A stretch of DNA of 64,000 nt. Source: the human T2T-CHM13v2.0 reference genome, Homo sapiens. Where the stretch lies: assembly GCF_009914755.1 (NCBI RefSeq), contig NC_060929.1; one strand, 5' to 3'. The position numbers and the translations under genes were made by a program. Of the stretch, positions 1 through 22,922 are shown one piece after another. A model generated the notes under the pieces. The model searched no databases. It was given only the letters and a program-made list of their open reading frames with translations, and was not told where the DNA came from. The number at the start of each line of letters is the position of its first letter. The stretch's first letter is position 1.

Positions 1-101
1 TGTTAGTTACTGGTTTCTTTAACTCTTTGGGGCACAGTTTCAATAGTGTAGAGGAAAAAAAAACAAAAACAAAAAAAAAAAACAAAGACTCAGGAAAATA
101 A

Positions 102-305
<204 letters not shown>

Positions 306-309
306 TAGG

Positions 310-815
310 GGTGCTCCTGCTCCTCTGAGAGTCATACAAGGTTCTAATTATCTCACCATCCCATAGGACATCACATTTTTCCAGCACGCTAATGGGATCA
401 TGCTGATTGTACCTCTTCAATAGCAAGTAACATGTGCCCTAGATGCCTTCGTAAGACGTATGTATGGCAGAAGAGGAGATAAGTAAGCCCCACAACAATT
501 TAAGGAACTGTCCTCTCTGAAGTTCTGGGGGATTCAGAAATCTAGGGCATGTTAAGATATTTCCAAGAAAGTGAAAAACAAGTTGCTGCTGCCCTTCCTA
601 CACTCCCTACCATGAAGAAAAAGGCAAACTTGGTGAGCCTCTTGATTTTGGAGGCAACATGTTATCTTTTGGCATCCTTCTCTGATCTTTTTGCTGAGTC
701 ACTGTTAAGGCTGCCAGCTTTAAACTGAACTCCAAATCAAAGAAGGCTCTACAGGTACTCCAGAATGCATTAAGAACAGGAACACCACTTGGGAGTTATG
801 ACTCAGCAGATAAAA
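310..815 (+). mobile_element. ERV-L class pol (RT) fragment
   Basis: Degenerate RT-region sequence resembling the other ERV-L pol copies at ~8200 and ~21950. Confidence 0.65.
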
Positions 816-826
816 TTATGTTTAAC

Positions 827-1219
<393 letters not shown>

Positions 1220-1279
1220 CTACCTTTTCAGTAAATAACTATTATCCTGTTAAGAAATAGATCATTCTCCAAGCAGTTC

Positions 1280-1840
1280 CTCATATGATACTTGTTAATT
1301 ACAAAGATATTGTTATAATATTTATTAATTACAGACGGCAAACAGTAACTTTACAGTGGAGACAAACTCTTTATCAAATAACCAAAGTTAACATCTCCAG
1401 TATGAAACATTAACCTGACATATCTCCTGATATGACGACTGCACATCATTTCTGTATTATTCTTGCCAAAAATGTACAACCAAAATTTAGTCATAAGGAA
1501 ATATCAGACAAACCCAAATTAAGAGACATTTAACCAATAGCTTGCCAGCACTCTTAAAAAGTGTTAAGGTCATAGAAGCTAAAGAAAGACTGGAAAATTG
1601 TCCTAGATTGGAAGAAGTTAAGGAGAAGTTAATGACCGATTCCTAGACCGGAAAAAGGACATTAGTGGAACAATTGGCAAAATTTGAATAAAGTCTACAG
1701 GTTAGTTAATTGTATCAATGATAATTTCTTACATTGAGGATAAGATGTTAACTTTTGAGGAAGCTGTGAGGGAAGGACAAATGGAAACTCATACTATTTT
1801 TAAAAATGTTTTGGGTCTTAAATTATTTTAAAATTTAAAA
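1280..1840 (+). mobile_element. Old L1M(E/D) 3' fragment
   Basis: ATCAGACAAACCCAAATTAAGAGACATT...GGACATTAGTGG...AATTTGAATAAAGTCT. Confidence 0.65.
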
Positions 1841-3015
1841 CTTTTTTTAATGTTTTTGGAGCTTCTAGATAGCTGCACATGTGGAGGCTTCTAGAGGGTA
1901 GTGCTCCCACAAAGGTCATGGAAGCTCCTCACCCCTTCCCCCAAACCTCTATGCATCTCTTCATCTGTATCCTTTGTAATATTCTTCATAACACATTGGT
2001 AAAATTTATTTGGCTTTAAATGCTTCAGAGTGGAAGGGCATATTTGGGTCGATGCAGGGCACACAACTCACTATTGAACAATTGCAGATGGCTATATGTG
2101 ATCCAGGCACATAGGAGTGTTCCTGAGGGAACAGTCAGCCTAGTGAACTAGATAAAAGCCACTGTAAGTACTGACTATAAAACTGAGGAGCTGCTGGGTT
2201 CTGTCAACACTTGCACAGTGCCCTATAAACAGCTCTCAACTAACCACCCAACAACTGCTGAGTTTGTGGATGACAGCTCCAAGATTCCAAGGTGAGTGGG
2301 CAACCTCCTGTTTGGAAGGCTGCTCCTCTGATCAAAAAAGTCGTTCTAGGACCAGAGCTGTAACTACAAGTACTGGAAGCAGGGATGATTTCTAAACAAG
2401 AAACTGTAAATACGTTTTTAAGCCTCATATCAGAATTGCTAAGGGCCTGATGGGAGTGGGTTGTGCAAAATTGGGGTTAACAGTGAATGCAGCTATACTG
2501 CCTGGTGGTAAAAATGGTGCAATAATTTGGCACCTACATAAACTTAGCCTATCTGAATGGAAATGGACTAAGGAGAAGGTAATTACCAGTAGTGATGCCT
2601 ACAATCTAGACCAGCACAGTGTTGACTCTAATGTCCTTTGCAACGCTTATTAATGAAGTGAAGAAAGAAGAGCAGCTGAGAATAAAGGAATAAATGGGTT
2701 ATGAATTCAGATAAATCTAGTATCACATTACATTAACACCTTGAAAAAGGCTCAGAGCAAGAGATGACATTGTCTCTTAGTTCAATTATACCAGGTGTCT
2801 TACAGGGTGAAGCCAAGACCACTGCTGCTTTTAGAACCTGATAAGATCAATGAAAATCCTGCAAACTTGAGTGGCCTCACCCTGGGATACAAATTCATAC
2901 AATATGATAATGGACTGAACTAATTATTAATAATTGAATAAGATTCTAGTAATGTGGCAGTGTCTTTTGAGTTGTACGTCTTTTTAAGTAAGGAATTACA
3001 CATCGGAGGTAGACT

Positions 3016-3520
3016 GTGATATCATGAATTATGTATTTGGCCCTTGACCTCATTTCCTGGCATACAACTATTAAAATCCTTAGAAACTCCAGAGTGATGT
3101 CTTTGTATCCTAATGAGATGACTGGTGGCTGGAAGCCCCTGGGCAGCTTCAGAATTGGGGGCTGGTCACAGAAAAGACTAAGACAGGGTTAAAGGGTTAG
3201 GACTTTCCCACCCTGCAACCTCCAGGAAGAGGAGAGGTGCTGAAGGTTAAGTTGATCACCAATGATCAATGGTTTAATCAATCATGCCTATGTAGTGAAG
3301 CCTCTGTTAAAACTCCCAAAGGACAGGGTTTGGGGAGCTTTTGAATAGCTGCAAACCTGGCAAACTAGGAGGTTCCTGGAAGGTGGTGTGCCTTGGTAGG
3401 GTATTGAAGCTCTGCTCCCCTCCTCTCCTATACCTTGCCCTATGCATCGCTTCTGTATCCTTTGGAACATCCTTTATAACAAACCAGTAAACATAAGTAA
3501 ATGTTTCCCTGAGCTCTGTG
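3016..3520 (+). mobile_element. MER21-family LTR (second fragment at ~1850-2000)
   Basis: TGTGATATCATGAATTATGTATTTGG... start; similar to the minus-strand copy at 40640-41430. Confidence 0.7.
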
Positions 3521-3547
3521 GGGAAAAACAAAGGCTTTTTTCCCCAT

Positions 3548-3857
<310 letters not shown>

Positions 3858-5375
3858 TAATGGACATGGAGATGTACCACCCCATCCATCTTCAAGGAGG
3901 TCCTTTTGCCTAAGTGCTAGGAGTGTTATCAGTAGACAGAGTTCAGCTGTCAGAATCCTCAGGGATGTCCTCAGTTACACACATCTGCCTCATCTAAGGT
4001 CATGCCCTTCCTGGGGCATCCTGCATTTAATGGCAGATCAAGACAAAGGTATGAAGTTCCAGCCATGTTGGCTCAATGTGGAACAACTCTAAAGGTTCAT
4101 TTTGGCTTCTAAGCTCCTGGTGGGGTTAGCAAGGCTATAGTAGGAACTGCATCATAGTTGGACTTTTCCCTCTGCCTACTTCCTTCCCCTTTTCTTCAAC
4201 TGGTGGTAATCCCAAGGGTACACCCTAATAAACATCTTTTTCAATAAACTCCATCTCGTAGCCTGCTTCCCAGGGAATTATGTAACTATTGGTAATGGGA
4301 GTTGTCTTAGAAAGCAGGCAATAAGATGGGGGTTTCAAGCTGAATCATTTCTCAGCTGGCAAATAAGGGCCCTATAACTAGTAGTAGGTGGAACACAGCT
4401 CCTGCCACAAGGTGGCAGTCCAGTTGTTAAAATTTTCACTGGTGGTGAACTGGGATAGTGAATTCCGCTAGTGGAAGAGAATGCATTAACTGTTTCGATC
4501 TACAGGGCATTTGAGAAACAGTCAGCAAAAAGTAGCCATATGGACAATGGGAATGTGTGTCTATGGCCAAATTCAATTGACTTGAGAGTAATTAACAGAA
4601 ATTGAAAGCCAGACATAAAAGCCAGCATGATTCCTAGGTGGAGTAAAAAGAGGCTTCTATTTCCTACAGAAGGAGGGCAGAGAAAGCTGAGGACAAGGCC
4701 AGGATATATAACTGTCAGATTAGCTAAGTTCCTGATAAGGTTAACTCCTAGACAAGTCTACTGTGCCAGACTGAGGGCTCCATTTGGGAAAAGATGGTAT
4801 CCTGAGTCATAAGATGAGAATATAGGGATCAATATCCCCTGCATCTTTAATTTCAAGATTTTCCTTGACCCTGTGAGCCTGCAGAAGTGGTCCACTCCTC
4901 CTTATTAAAAGATAGCCCTTTCCTCAAAGATATGCAGAGGCTTCTTCCCTATAAGACAATATATATTACCCTCAAAATCTGCCTCTACCTCCCCTTTCGG
5001 CCACTAAACTCACGTAGAGTTAGCTCACAGCATAACCCTGTAGATATGCTAAGCCTAATGAGGGAGTAAAAGAGCTCTACCCTAAAAGAGCTACAAGTCC
5101 TAGATAGCATATACCAGCAGGAGCCAGGGGAATGCTCCTGGTACTGGATTCTGAGGTTGCTCAATTAAGGCAGTTGGAGCATAAGATTAGATAAGAGTTT
5201 ATTGATTTGGGAGACATAGGAATTAACACTCTGACAAGCATTTATATGGAATAAACACTATTAGTATGACTTCTAGAAGCATCAAAAAGTGATGGCACAC
5301 ACTAAGTTAAATCAAAATAACCAGAATTCTCATGGCAGACAGTAGAGGAAGAGATTAGAAAGCCTAGGAAAATTT

Positions 5376-5852
5376 ACATTCTTAAGTTTGGGGTCTTAGA
5401 GAAACAGAACCTACGATAGGGGGAAGTGTGTAGAGGGGGTGGCTGTGCGATTTATTATGAAAATCAGCTCACACAACTATGGAGACTGAGAAGTCTCACT
5501 ACCTGCTGACTGCAAACTTCAGGGCCAGGGAAGTCAGTGACATAAGTCCCAGAGTCCCAGGGCCCAAGAACTAGTAGCCCCATTATCCAAAGGTGGGAGA
5601 AGATGGATGTCCCAGCTAAAAAAGAGAAGGAGAGAATTCGCTCCCCCTTAGCCTGTTTGTCTTATGCAGGGCTTCAAGAGATTGGATGATGCCTGCCCGC
5701 ACTGGTGAAGATGGATCTTGTTTACTCGGTCTACTGATTCAGATGCTGATCTCTTCTACAAATGCCCTCAAACACACTCAGAAATAATGTTTTACCAGCT
5801 ATCTGGAAATCCCTTAGCCCAGTCAAGTTAACACATAAAATTAGCCATCACA
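5376..5852 (-). mobile_element. MLT2-family LTR
   Basis: Ends CCCAGTCAAGTTAACACATAAAATTAGCCATCACA (reverse of MLT2 start). Confidence 0.8.
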
Positions 5853-5981
5853 ACTATGTAAGGCCAGAAAATCCACTAGATAATTATGACCCATGAGAAG
5901 TCCTAGAGTTTACACCATTTACCAAAGCAATAAGTAAGGCACCAAGGAGAATGGCACAAACATCATTAAGAAATCCAGTGA

Positions 5982-6648
<667 letters not shown>

Positions 6649-6833
6649 TCAGGTAGCAGCATTTAACTATCAAAATTTAGTGGGATGCAACTGAGTGGCA
6701 AATGTGAGGTGGTAGCCAAGGGTTCTTGATCCATAGAGAGCTGTGGAGATAGTAGAACATGGCTTCCCTTACAGGCATGATAGATGGACAGCTGATAAGG
6801 CTATTATTCACCTTAAACTGTCAGAAGGGATAA

Positions 6834-7489
<656 letters not shown>

Positions 7490-8751
7490 CTGTTCACAGG
7501 GAAAAGTAGTATATCCAAACACCTCAAGGACTGTTAGACACAGGGCCAAACTGACAATAAGATAGAGATCCAAAGTGTCATGGGCCCATTTAGAATGGAG
7601 CCATCTATGGATAAGGTAATAAATGAATTCCTCATCAAAGTGCAGTTCATAGTGGACCTACTGGGTCTACAGACCCGCACAGTAGTCATTTTCCTCATCT
7701 CCAAATATATAATTGGGGTAAACATTCTTAAGACACAACCTCGCATTGGTCCTTGCTGTATTGTAAGAACTATCATAACAGGGAATTCTCCCAATCCTGG
7801 AAAGATAGTATATCAAAACTGATATTATATCCTGAGGCATGGCAAAAATTAATGCCATCTTTAGGTATCTAATGGATATAGTCTCCATTGTGTCATCACT
7901 TAATTCATTGGTCTGTTTCCTCCAAAAACCAGATAAATCCTGTAGGATGACAATAAACTACCACAAACTTAACTAAGTAGTATCTCCAATAGCAACCTTC
8001 ATATCAGATGTATCTTTGCTTGCTATGTGGTATGTAGCCATTGATTTGGCAAATGAATTCTTTTCCTATAAGAGGATCAAAATCAATTCACATTCACATG
8101 AAAAGGACAATAGTACACAATTACAATCTTGCTCCAGGCCTATGTTATTTCTTCTGCCCTCTATCAAGTGCAGTCCAAAGAGATCTGGATTATTTGAGTA
8201 TTCTAAAGATTTTCACAATGATCTATCAATGACATCATGCCAATTTGGCTGGGTAAGCAAAAATGGTTAGCATAGTGGAGGTCTTGATATCACACATGAA
8301 CTTTAGAGGTTGGGAGACATGTCCTATGAATTTTCAGGTGCATTTCAAGTCAGTAACATTTTTAGGGGTCTAGTGGCCAAGAGTATCCCGTCCAAGGTAA
8401 AAGATAAATTATTGCATTTTGCACTTCAGCCACAAAAAGTAGAAACAACACGTGGTAGAATTGTGCCACACCTGGGAATACTGCCTCTGTCTGTAGACTA
8501 AATGATACAAAAGGCTGCCTGCTTTGGGTGTATCCCATGAAGGAAGGGGCGCTGCAGCAGGTCCAGGTTGCAATCCAAGTGTCCTTACCCTTCGAGGACC
8601 AGGAGGATTGCATTAAAGCTACAAGTAGTGAGAAAAAATGCTATATGGGATTTATGGCAAGTCAGAGAAGAAGACCTACAATTCAGGTCCTGATGTACTA
8701 GAGCAAGGCCATATCACAGGCAAGAGAGAATTACTCACCTTAAAAACAAAC

Positions 8752-9157
8752 TGATAAGGTTTGGATATTTGTCCTACCCAAATCTCATGTTGAAATGTAA
8801 TCCCCAGGATTGGAGATGGGGCCTGGTGGGAGGTGTTTGGATCATGGAAGCAGATCCCTTTTGGCTTGGTGCTTTCCTTGTGATAGTGAGTTCTTGTGAG
8901 ATCTGGTTGTTTAAAAGTGTGTGGCACCTCCCCTACTCTCTTTCTCTTGCTCACACTCTGGCCATGTGGTGTGCCTGCTCCCACTTCACCTTCTGCCATG
9001 AGTAAAAGCTTCCTGAGGCCTCCTCAGAAGTGAGCAGATCCCAGCACCATGCTTCCTGTATGGCCTGCAGAACCATGAGTCAATTAATCCTCTTTTCTTT
9101 ATAAATTACCCAGTCTCAGATATTTCTTTATAGCAATGTAAGAAAGGCCTAACACAC
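8752..9157 (+). mobile_element. MST-family MaLR LTR
   Basis: TGATAAGGTTTGGATATTTGTCC...AAATTACCCAGTCTCAG...CTAACACA. Confidence 0.85.
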
Positions 9158-11964
9158 AAGCAAAAAAACTAGTATGCTATTTGGCCTAGTACAGACTAAA
9201 TACCTGATCAGGGGATACCAAGTTACTATGTAAATGGAACTACCTATCATGATCGGGGTTCTGTCAGACCTGTCAAGTCATAAGGTTGAATGGATCCAGC
9301 AACAATCTAATGTAAAGATGGAAATGGTAACTATGGGATTGAATATAAGAAGAAACAGCATAAGCAAGCTGTATAGCTGTATTGAGTAGGTAGCATGGAC
9401 ACCCACCTCATCCACCCCTGTGGCACAGGAACCCCTCCCTCAGCTCCCACCTGTGGCCATAAGGAGGAACCCTTACAACTGACTGACAGGGAAATTCATG
9501 AATAGGTCAGTTTGGTATGTGGGTGCAAACTGCACATTAGTGTCAGCTGCACTATTGCCTCACTTAGGGGTTGCCTGGAAATTTGGTGATAAGGGAAAAT
9601 CCTCCTTAAAGCTGGACAGAGCTTCCAGTGGTGCACTTGGACATCCACTTTGTGTAGTTAGAAAAGCAGCCTAAGGCTGGAATATAAGTAGATTTATGTT
9701 TAGTGGCAAATGATCTGGTTGCCTGGTAAGAGTCCTGAAAGCTTAGAAGATTGGGTATAAAGAGTTCTGGGTCAGAATCATGTTGATGGGCATAGGGGAG
9801 TGAATACAAAAGTGTGATGACATTGTGTGACAAGTCAATGGTCATCAGTGGGCATCCTACCATGGAAGAGGCACTAAACAATGAAGTAAACAAGATGACT
9901 TATCCCATTGACATAAGACAGCCTCTCTCATCAGCCAGACCACTGCTGCAGTGATGAGCACTTGAACAGAGGCCACAGAGGCAAAGATGAAGGCTATGCA
10001 TGTGCCTCACTTACCAATTCTGATCTAGCTGCTTCCTGTGTTGTAAGCGGGAGTGTAAGTCCCTATTGTGGGGTATTTAAGGACCACTCCAATGTGACTG
10101 TGGAAATTATACTGGGAAAGGCACATGAAATTAACATATTTATCATACACACAGGTGTCCTAGAGAGGGAAATGCAGCACGCCACGCGGGGGGCCCACAG
10201 GAAAGCCAAGGGAACACATTCAACAAGCAGGTGGGGAACCAAGAGAGTGAACCCTGGGCAAATGCCTTTATTGGCAGTCAGAGTGGAGTGCACAGGCAAA
10301 AGGTGTGAGGGGATTTCATTGGTGTGTTTGACTGGAGTTATATCACAGTAGTCAGGGGAGGGCAAGAAGGGGAACTTGTGGCAGGGACCAACCTTGTTAT
10401 ACTTTTGCACCTAGTCACCTGGGCAGGGTGTTCACTGCCTGTTTGTGAGGATATTGGGCATCAGAACAACATGAAGTCTTAAAAATTTACTTAATAAACT
10501 TGCACAGCCAAATCTTCAACCTGCCAGCAATAGAGATCAGCGAGTGACCCAGTTACCATTGTTCCCAATGACCTACTTAGGGAATTTGTGATTCCCATTT
10601 CTGCAACTCTGCTCTGCAGGGTTAGAAGTCCCAGTCCCTGAAGGGAAACATTTCTAACAGGGGACACAGCAAGAATCTCAATATATTTTAAGCCAAATCG
10701 GTGACCTCAATTCTTTGAGTTCCATGTGCTCAGGGTTCAGCAGGCAAGAAAAGAAGTCACCATCGCAGCAGGGGTACCTGACACTGATCATCAGATAGAA
10801 ATAGGTCTGCTGTTACACAGTAGGAGCTAGGAAAATTATGTTTGGCACATAGGTGACCCACTTGGGTGCCTCCTGGTACACCCCTGCCCAATTATTTGGT
10901 AAGTGAATAAATACAACAATCCCAGATAAGAAGGGAATGGTGACCAGGGCTCAGGTCTCTCAGGGATGAAGGCGTGGATTACACCACCAAATAAGCCACT
11001 CTGACCAGCAGACCAGCTAGTGGAGGATGAGGGAAAACTCAAATGGATAGTAGAGAAGACAGATTATGATTATCAGTTGTAACCTGAGACCAGCTTCAGT
11101 GGTGGGAACTGCAGTTCATCCCATTAAACTTTCTTGTCTAAGTTTCCTCCAGGAGGAGGCCCACTAGAATCAGAAGGAGCTGCTCTCTGAACATATATGA
11201 AGATATGAAAAGGATCTGAACAGCACAGAGGGTGGACTGTAAGAACATGGAGATGTACCACTCAGATCCCCCTTCCATGAAAGACCTGTTTTCAAGAGTG
11301 CTGCTGGGAGTGCCAGGAGTGCTGTCAGTAGGCACCCTTCAGCTGTCAATCCTTTGTGGGATCATCTCAGATCACACTTTTCCCAGGGTGGGCCACATCC
11401 AATGGCTAATAGAGATGGGACTATAAAGACCTGGCCTTGGCTAGGCGTGATGGCTCACACCTGTAATCCCAGCACTTTGGGAGCATGAGGTGGGAGGATC
11501 ACTTGAGCCCAGGAGTTCACACCAGCCTGGGCAACATGGCAAGACCCTGTTTCTACAAAACATCTTTTTAAAAATAGGCTGAGCATGGTGGTGTGAGCCT
11601 GTGGTCCTAGCTACTCAGGAGGCTAAGGTGGGAGGATCACTTGAGCCCAGGAGGTTGAGGCTGCAGTGAGCCGTAATCACGCTACTGGATTCCAGCCTGG
11701 GCAACAAAGCAAGCCCCTCTCCCCTACCACCCCACCCCCAAAAAAAACACACACACACAAAATAACCTGGCCTTTTTAGCTGAATGCAGCACAACTCTAA
11801 TGGGCCATTTTAGCTCCAGAGCTCCCACTGCTCTTTCTGTTGAATCCTGCCTCTGTCACCTCCATCCTACAGATGCTAAATCCCCACAGAACTCCCTAGA
11901 AACCACCCTACACACTAATTCCATCTCAGAGTCTGCTTCCCAGAGATCCCAACCCTGTAACAAT

Positions 11965-14005
<2,041 letters not shown>

Positions 14006-14007
14006 TA

Positions 14008-14385
14008 GTTCCATCCATGTTGCTGCGAATGAGAGAATTTTGTTCTTTTTTATGGCTGAATGGTATTCTATTGTGTATATATACACCACATTTTCCTTAT
14101 CCATTTATCCATTGATGGATACTTAGGTTGATTCTGTATTTTGGCTATTGTAAATAGTGCTGCAGTAAACATGGAGTGCAGGTATCTCTTCTTTATATTT
14201 ATTTTCTTTCTTTTGGATATATACCCAGTAGTGAAATTGCTGGATAATATGGTAGTTCTATGTTTAGTTTTTTGAGGAACCTCCATACTGTTTTCCAGAG
14301 TGGCTGTGCTAATTTACATTCCAACCAGTAATGTATGAATTTTCCCCTTTCTCCACATCCTTGCCAGAATCTGTTATTCCCTGAA
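14008..14385 (-). mobile_element. L1M ORF2-end fragment
   Basis: Minus [32 protein letters not shown]. Confidence 0.85.
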
Positions 14386-14889
14386 ATCCTTGCCTTTCAA
14401 TACAAATTTATACATATTATAATATGTTGTAGTTTAAAATGGCAAACAAAGGCCCAACATAAATAACAAACAAATTTTTTAATTGTCTGAATTTTCATTT
14501 CTATTTCTTCTGCTATGTATTGATCAGACTCCTAATTTCTTTCCAGAGGAGTATGATTACATAAAAAAAAAGTTCTTTGGAGACAGATTTGGCCACTTTT
14601 TTCCTTTAAGAATCTTGACCTGTAGTATCTTAGATTACTTAATAAGTCCCTAGGACTCATTAATCAACATTTCTACAAGCATGTTCTTATTTCTTCAGAC
14701 TGATTAAAATAAGAATTTCATTAGGATTGGAGAATTTACTGCCTCAAGGATACATCTAAGATGTAAATTATGGGTAATGAATTCATTTTCATTAAGAGTC
14801 TATAGTCCTCATATGCACATTAAATACCCTAATATTCAAGGCATTGCCTAGCTTCCATACTTTAATTCAAACAAGAATTATTTATATTT

Positions 14890-15360
14890 TCCAGCCTGGG
14901 TTCACCCTGAGTGAATTTGGGCTCAGTTGGCCGGTGCTTTCCCTTTACTGAGTCTTTATACTTAAGAACTAGGTGCTCTTGCTGGCTTGCAGGTGCCTCC
15001 TTGAATAGAAATTCAGAATTTCTGCCTAAACCAATACACATATCTGAGACTGTTTCTTCAAAGGCTTTACACAGAAATTATCTAGACTTCACTACAAACA
15101 AGTTGATAGAATATTTATTCTTAAGTCCAGACATTCTATCCATTTCTTTTCTTCCTTTTCTTTTCTAAGAGTGAGTTTATTTTACCTCTTAGCAAAAGGC
15201 TGAGTGGCATAATTCTAACCCAGAGGTGGAAAAATAGGCAGCTCTTCAATGGAAGTCCCCAAAAGAGATTTCAAAAAGCCTCTTGCCTCGGTGTTTGATT
15301 TCAAGAAAATCAGTGTGGGAAGTCTGTCTTATAATTTCTGGAGTAGAATCAATCTTAAGT
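14890..15360 (+). pseudogene. Possible highly decayed protocadherin TM/cytoplasmic remnant
   Basis: FFKGFTQ..YL, LIEYLFLSPDILSISFL (spacing of YLVVALASVSSLFL), QRWKNRQL, VGSLSYN. Confidence 0.3.
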
Positions 15361-15549
15361 CACAGAAACAATAATTGACAAAGGAACCAGTCCTTAAGTT
15401 ATCTCTTCATTTAGATATGGTAGAGGCCTTCTATTGGACAATACTCCAATAATTCTTGGGACAAGTCTGAAAAAAAAAAAGTTTCTCAACCTCAAAACAA
15501 AATAGATTTTTAATAAAGAAACAGGTCAGATAAAAAAGTAGAACTGTGG

Positions 15550-17011
<1,462 letters not shown>

Positions 17012-17659
17012 ACATTGCCAATGTTTTAGCCACTCTCATGGTTCTTCTGAATTGCTACTTCCTCTCTCCTGCTCAGATAATCACCCTTCATGATAATCAC
17101 TTCATTGTCTTTATTAACTTTTACCAGCTAAGTATTAGTTTTGCATATTTTTAAAACTTTCTATAAGTGGAATAATAATTATGTGTTCTTTTGTGCCTGG
17201 CTTCTTTCATTAAACATTGTATTTGTGAGATTTATCCATGTTGCTGTGTGTAACTCAACTTTGTTCTCTTTCTCTGCTGCATAAAAATAACAAATTATTT
17301 TAAATTGAATTTAAATTTATATTTAAGTTTATATTCTAAAATTAAAGGATATGAGGATTGTTTCCAGTTTTTAGCTGTTATGAATAATGCTGTCATGAGT
17401 ATTTGCTATTCCTGCATTTTTACATTTCTATATTAATTTTAGAATCATCTTGTCAAGTTCTAAAAAAGAAATAAGGACTTTGAATGAGACTGAATATATA
17501 TATGAATTCTATATATTGTCTATATATGAATATATATGAATTCTTTTCAAATTTATATATAACATATATATTATGTTATACACTACACCTCAAATTTATA
17601 TATATCCAACTGAGAGATATAAAAATCAGTTTGGAGAGAAATTATAGCCTTATACTATT

Positions 17660-17962
17660 GAGTCCTGCTTTTGGTAAGGGCCTCAGGCTTCTTCCACTCA
17701 TGGTGAAAGGTGAAGGGGAGCCATTGTGTGCAGAGATCACACGATGAGAAAGGAGGCAAGAGGGCCAGGGACTTCTTTTAACAACCAGCTCTCTCCAAAA
17801 TGAGTAGAGTAAGAACTCCCTCCCTCCCTCAAGGGAGGACACTAATCTGTTTATGAGAGATCCACCCCATGCTCCAAACACCTCCCAGTAGGTCCCCCCT
17901 CCAACACTGGGGATCAAATTTCAATATGAGATTTTCAGAGGACAAACATCCAAACTATACCA
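17660..17962 (-). mobile_element. MST/THE1-like MaLR LTR fragment
   Basis: GGGGATCAAATTTCAATATGAGATTT...ACAAACATCCAAACTATA. Confidence 0.7.
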
Positions 17963-18513
17963 CAGTTCCTCACACTGTTTTTAGATCTAAGTCAGATCAC
18001 CACACCAGACCCCATTGTTTGAAGAGGAAGCTGACTCCTTTTGAGGAAGGAAAATGCCCCTGCAACTATAGACTCCTGATGGTCCCTTCTGTCCTTTCTA
18101 TCAGATATCTGCAGCCATATGCCTGGGTAACCACACTTGGGAAAGTGGATTATCCAGACTTCTCAATGAAGGCTACATATAGTTCTTGAGCTGCCTCTAA
18201 TCCAAGGTGTCCTAAAACACCATCACGGTCCTCCAGTTACAGTGGAGGCTTATAGATATCAAGAGATGCATGGAATTTGGGCCCAAATTTATCTCTCAGT
18301 GGGTCCAAAGGATCAACAGACCTACCAAGTGGTTATTTCTCAGGCCTGTAAGTGTATAATTGGAGCAGATATTAGCTAGAAAAAGCTAGTGCAGCCAGGC
18401 GCGGTGGCTCACACCTGTAATTCCAGCACTTTGGGAGGCCGAGGAGGGTGGATCACCTAAGGTCAGGAGTTCGAGACCAGCCTGACCAACATGGAGAAAC
18501 CCCGTCTCTACTA

Positions 18514-18660
<147 letters not shown>

Positions 18661-18705
18661 TCAAAAAACAAAAACAAAAAACAAACAAACAAACAAAAAA
18701 ACACT

Positions 18706-21390
<2,685 letters not shown>

Positions 21391-22514
21391 AAACCTTTGT
21401 ATTTATTCTCTGACAAATAAGAGAGTAAGACACATTATAGTGGAAACCCTGAAATGTCCCTTTCCCTAGCCAAGATAGTAAATCATAAGTAATGCTGCAT
21501 CCTAGGAGGATTTTTAGAGATTAACACTACCTCCTGAGGCTTAAAGTGCACAGAGGTGATAGTCCTCATCAAATTCTCATTTAATTCATTTGTTCACCCT
21601 CTGCAAAAACTAGATAGATTGTTGTGATGACAATGGACTGCAATATACTTACTTAACCAAATGGTAGCTCCAATTGCAGCTGTCATGCCAGATGTGGTAT
21701 CTTTATTGGAGTAGATCAGTATAACTTTGGCAACTTGGTAGGTGGCTATTTTTCTGGTGAACGCACTTGTCTTAAATTCCACCAGGGAATAAAATCAAAA
21801 GCAGTCATCTTCTCATGATAAGAAAACAGAACACATTCAACTATCTTATTACAAAGCTATGTTAACTCTCTTGCTTTCTTTCATAATGTACTCCACAAAT
21901 ATTTCAACATTGAACATTCTATAGAACATAATGCTAGATCACTGCATAGATGACATGATTCTAATTGGACCCAGTGAGTAGTGAGTAGTAAGTAACAAGG
22001 ACCCTAGATGGTCTAGCATGTCAAAGAGTAAAATATTAACCCTATGAATATTCAGGTGACTATCATATCAGTAATGATTCTAGGGTTCTTGGGCATGCAA
22101 AGAAATGCCCTCTGAGATAAAATATAAGTCATTATCACTTGCATTTCTTACCATTAAGAAAGAGGCACAGTCTCTTTGGATTTTAGAGGTAACATATACC
22201 ACATCTGGAACTCAAAATGCTATCAGGTTTGAGAAGACTCTGGAGTAAGAGGTCCAGGCTATGATACTAGCCATCTGACACAAACCAGCCACTCCAGTGT
22301 TGCTAGTAATGCCCATGATGGATAACAATGCTGTGTGGAATTTCTGGCATGGCACAGTAGGAAAGCTAAAGTGCAAATCTTTCAATGGTATAGACAGTAA
22401 ATCTAAATGGGGTAGATCCATGCCTTCTACAGTAGGAAATTTCTCAGTGCTTATAAATAGATACTATCATGCTCCTTAGCCCTATTAGAGACTGAGTAGA
22501 TGACAATGGGACAC

Positions 22515-22922
22515 TGTGTTAGGTTGTTCTTGCACTGCTAGAAGTATAAATAAAAGAAATACCTGAGACTGGGTAATTTATAAAGAAAAGAGGTTTAATT
22601 GGCTCATGATTCTACAGGCTATATAATCATGGTGCCAGGATCTGCTTGGTTTCTGGGGAGGCCTCAGGGAGCTTTAACTCATGGCAGAAGGTAAAGACAG
22701 ATCTTGCATATCATATAGCAAGAGCAGGAGAAAGAGAGTGAAGGAAGTGCCACACACTTTAAACAACGAGATCTCACAGGAACTCACTACTGCGAGGACA
22801 GCACTAAGCCATGAAGGATCCACCCCCATGATCCAAACACCTCCCACCAGGCCCCATCTCCAACACTGGAAATTACAATTCAACAAGAGGTTTTGGTGGG
22901 GACAAATGTCCAAACTATATCA
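22515..22922 (-). mobile_element. MST-family MaLR LTR
   Basis: Reverse-complement counterpart of 8752-9157. Confidence 0.85.
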
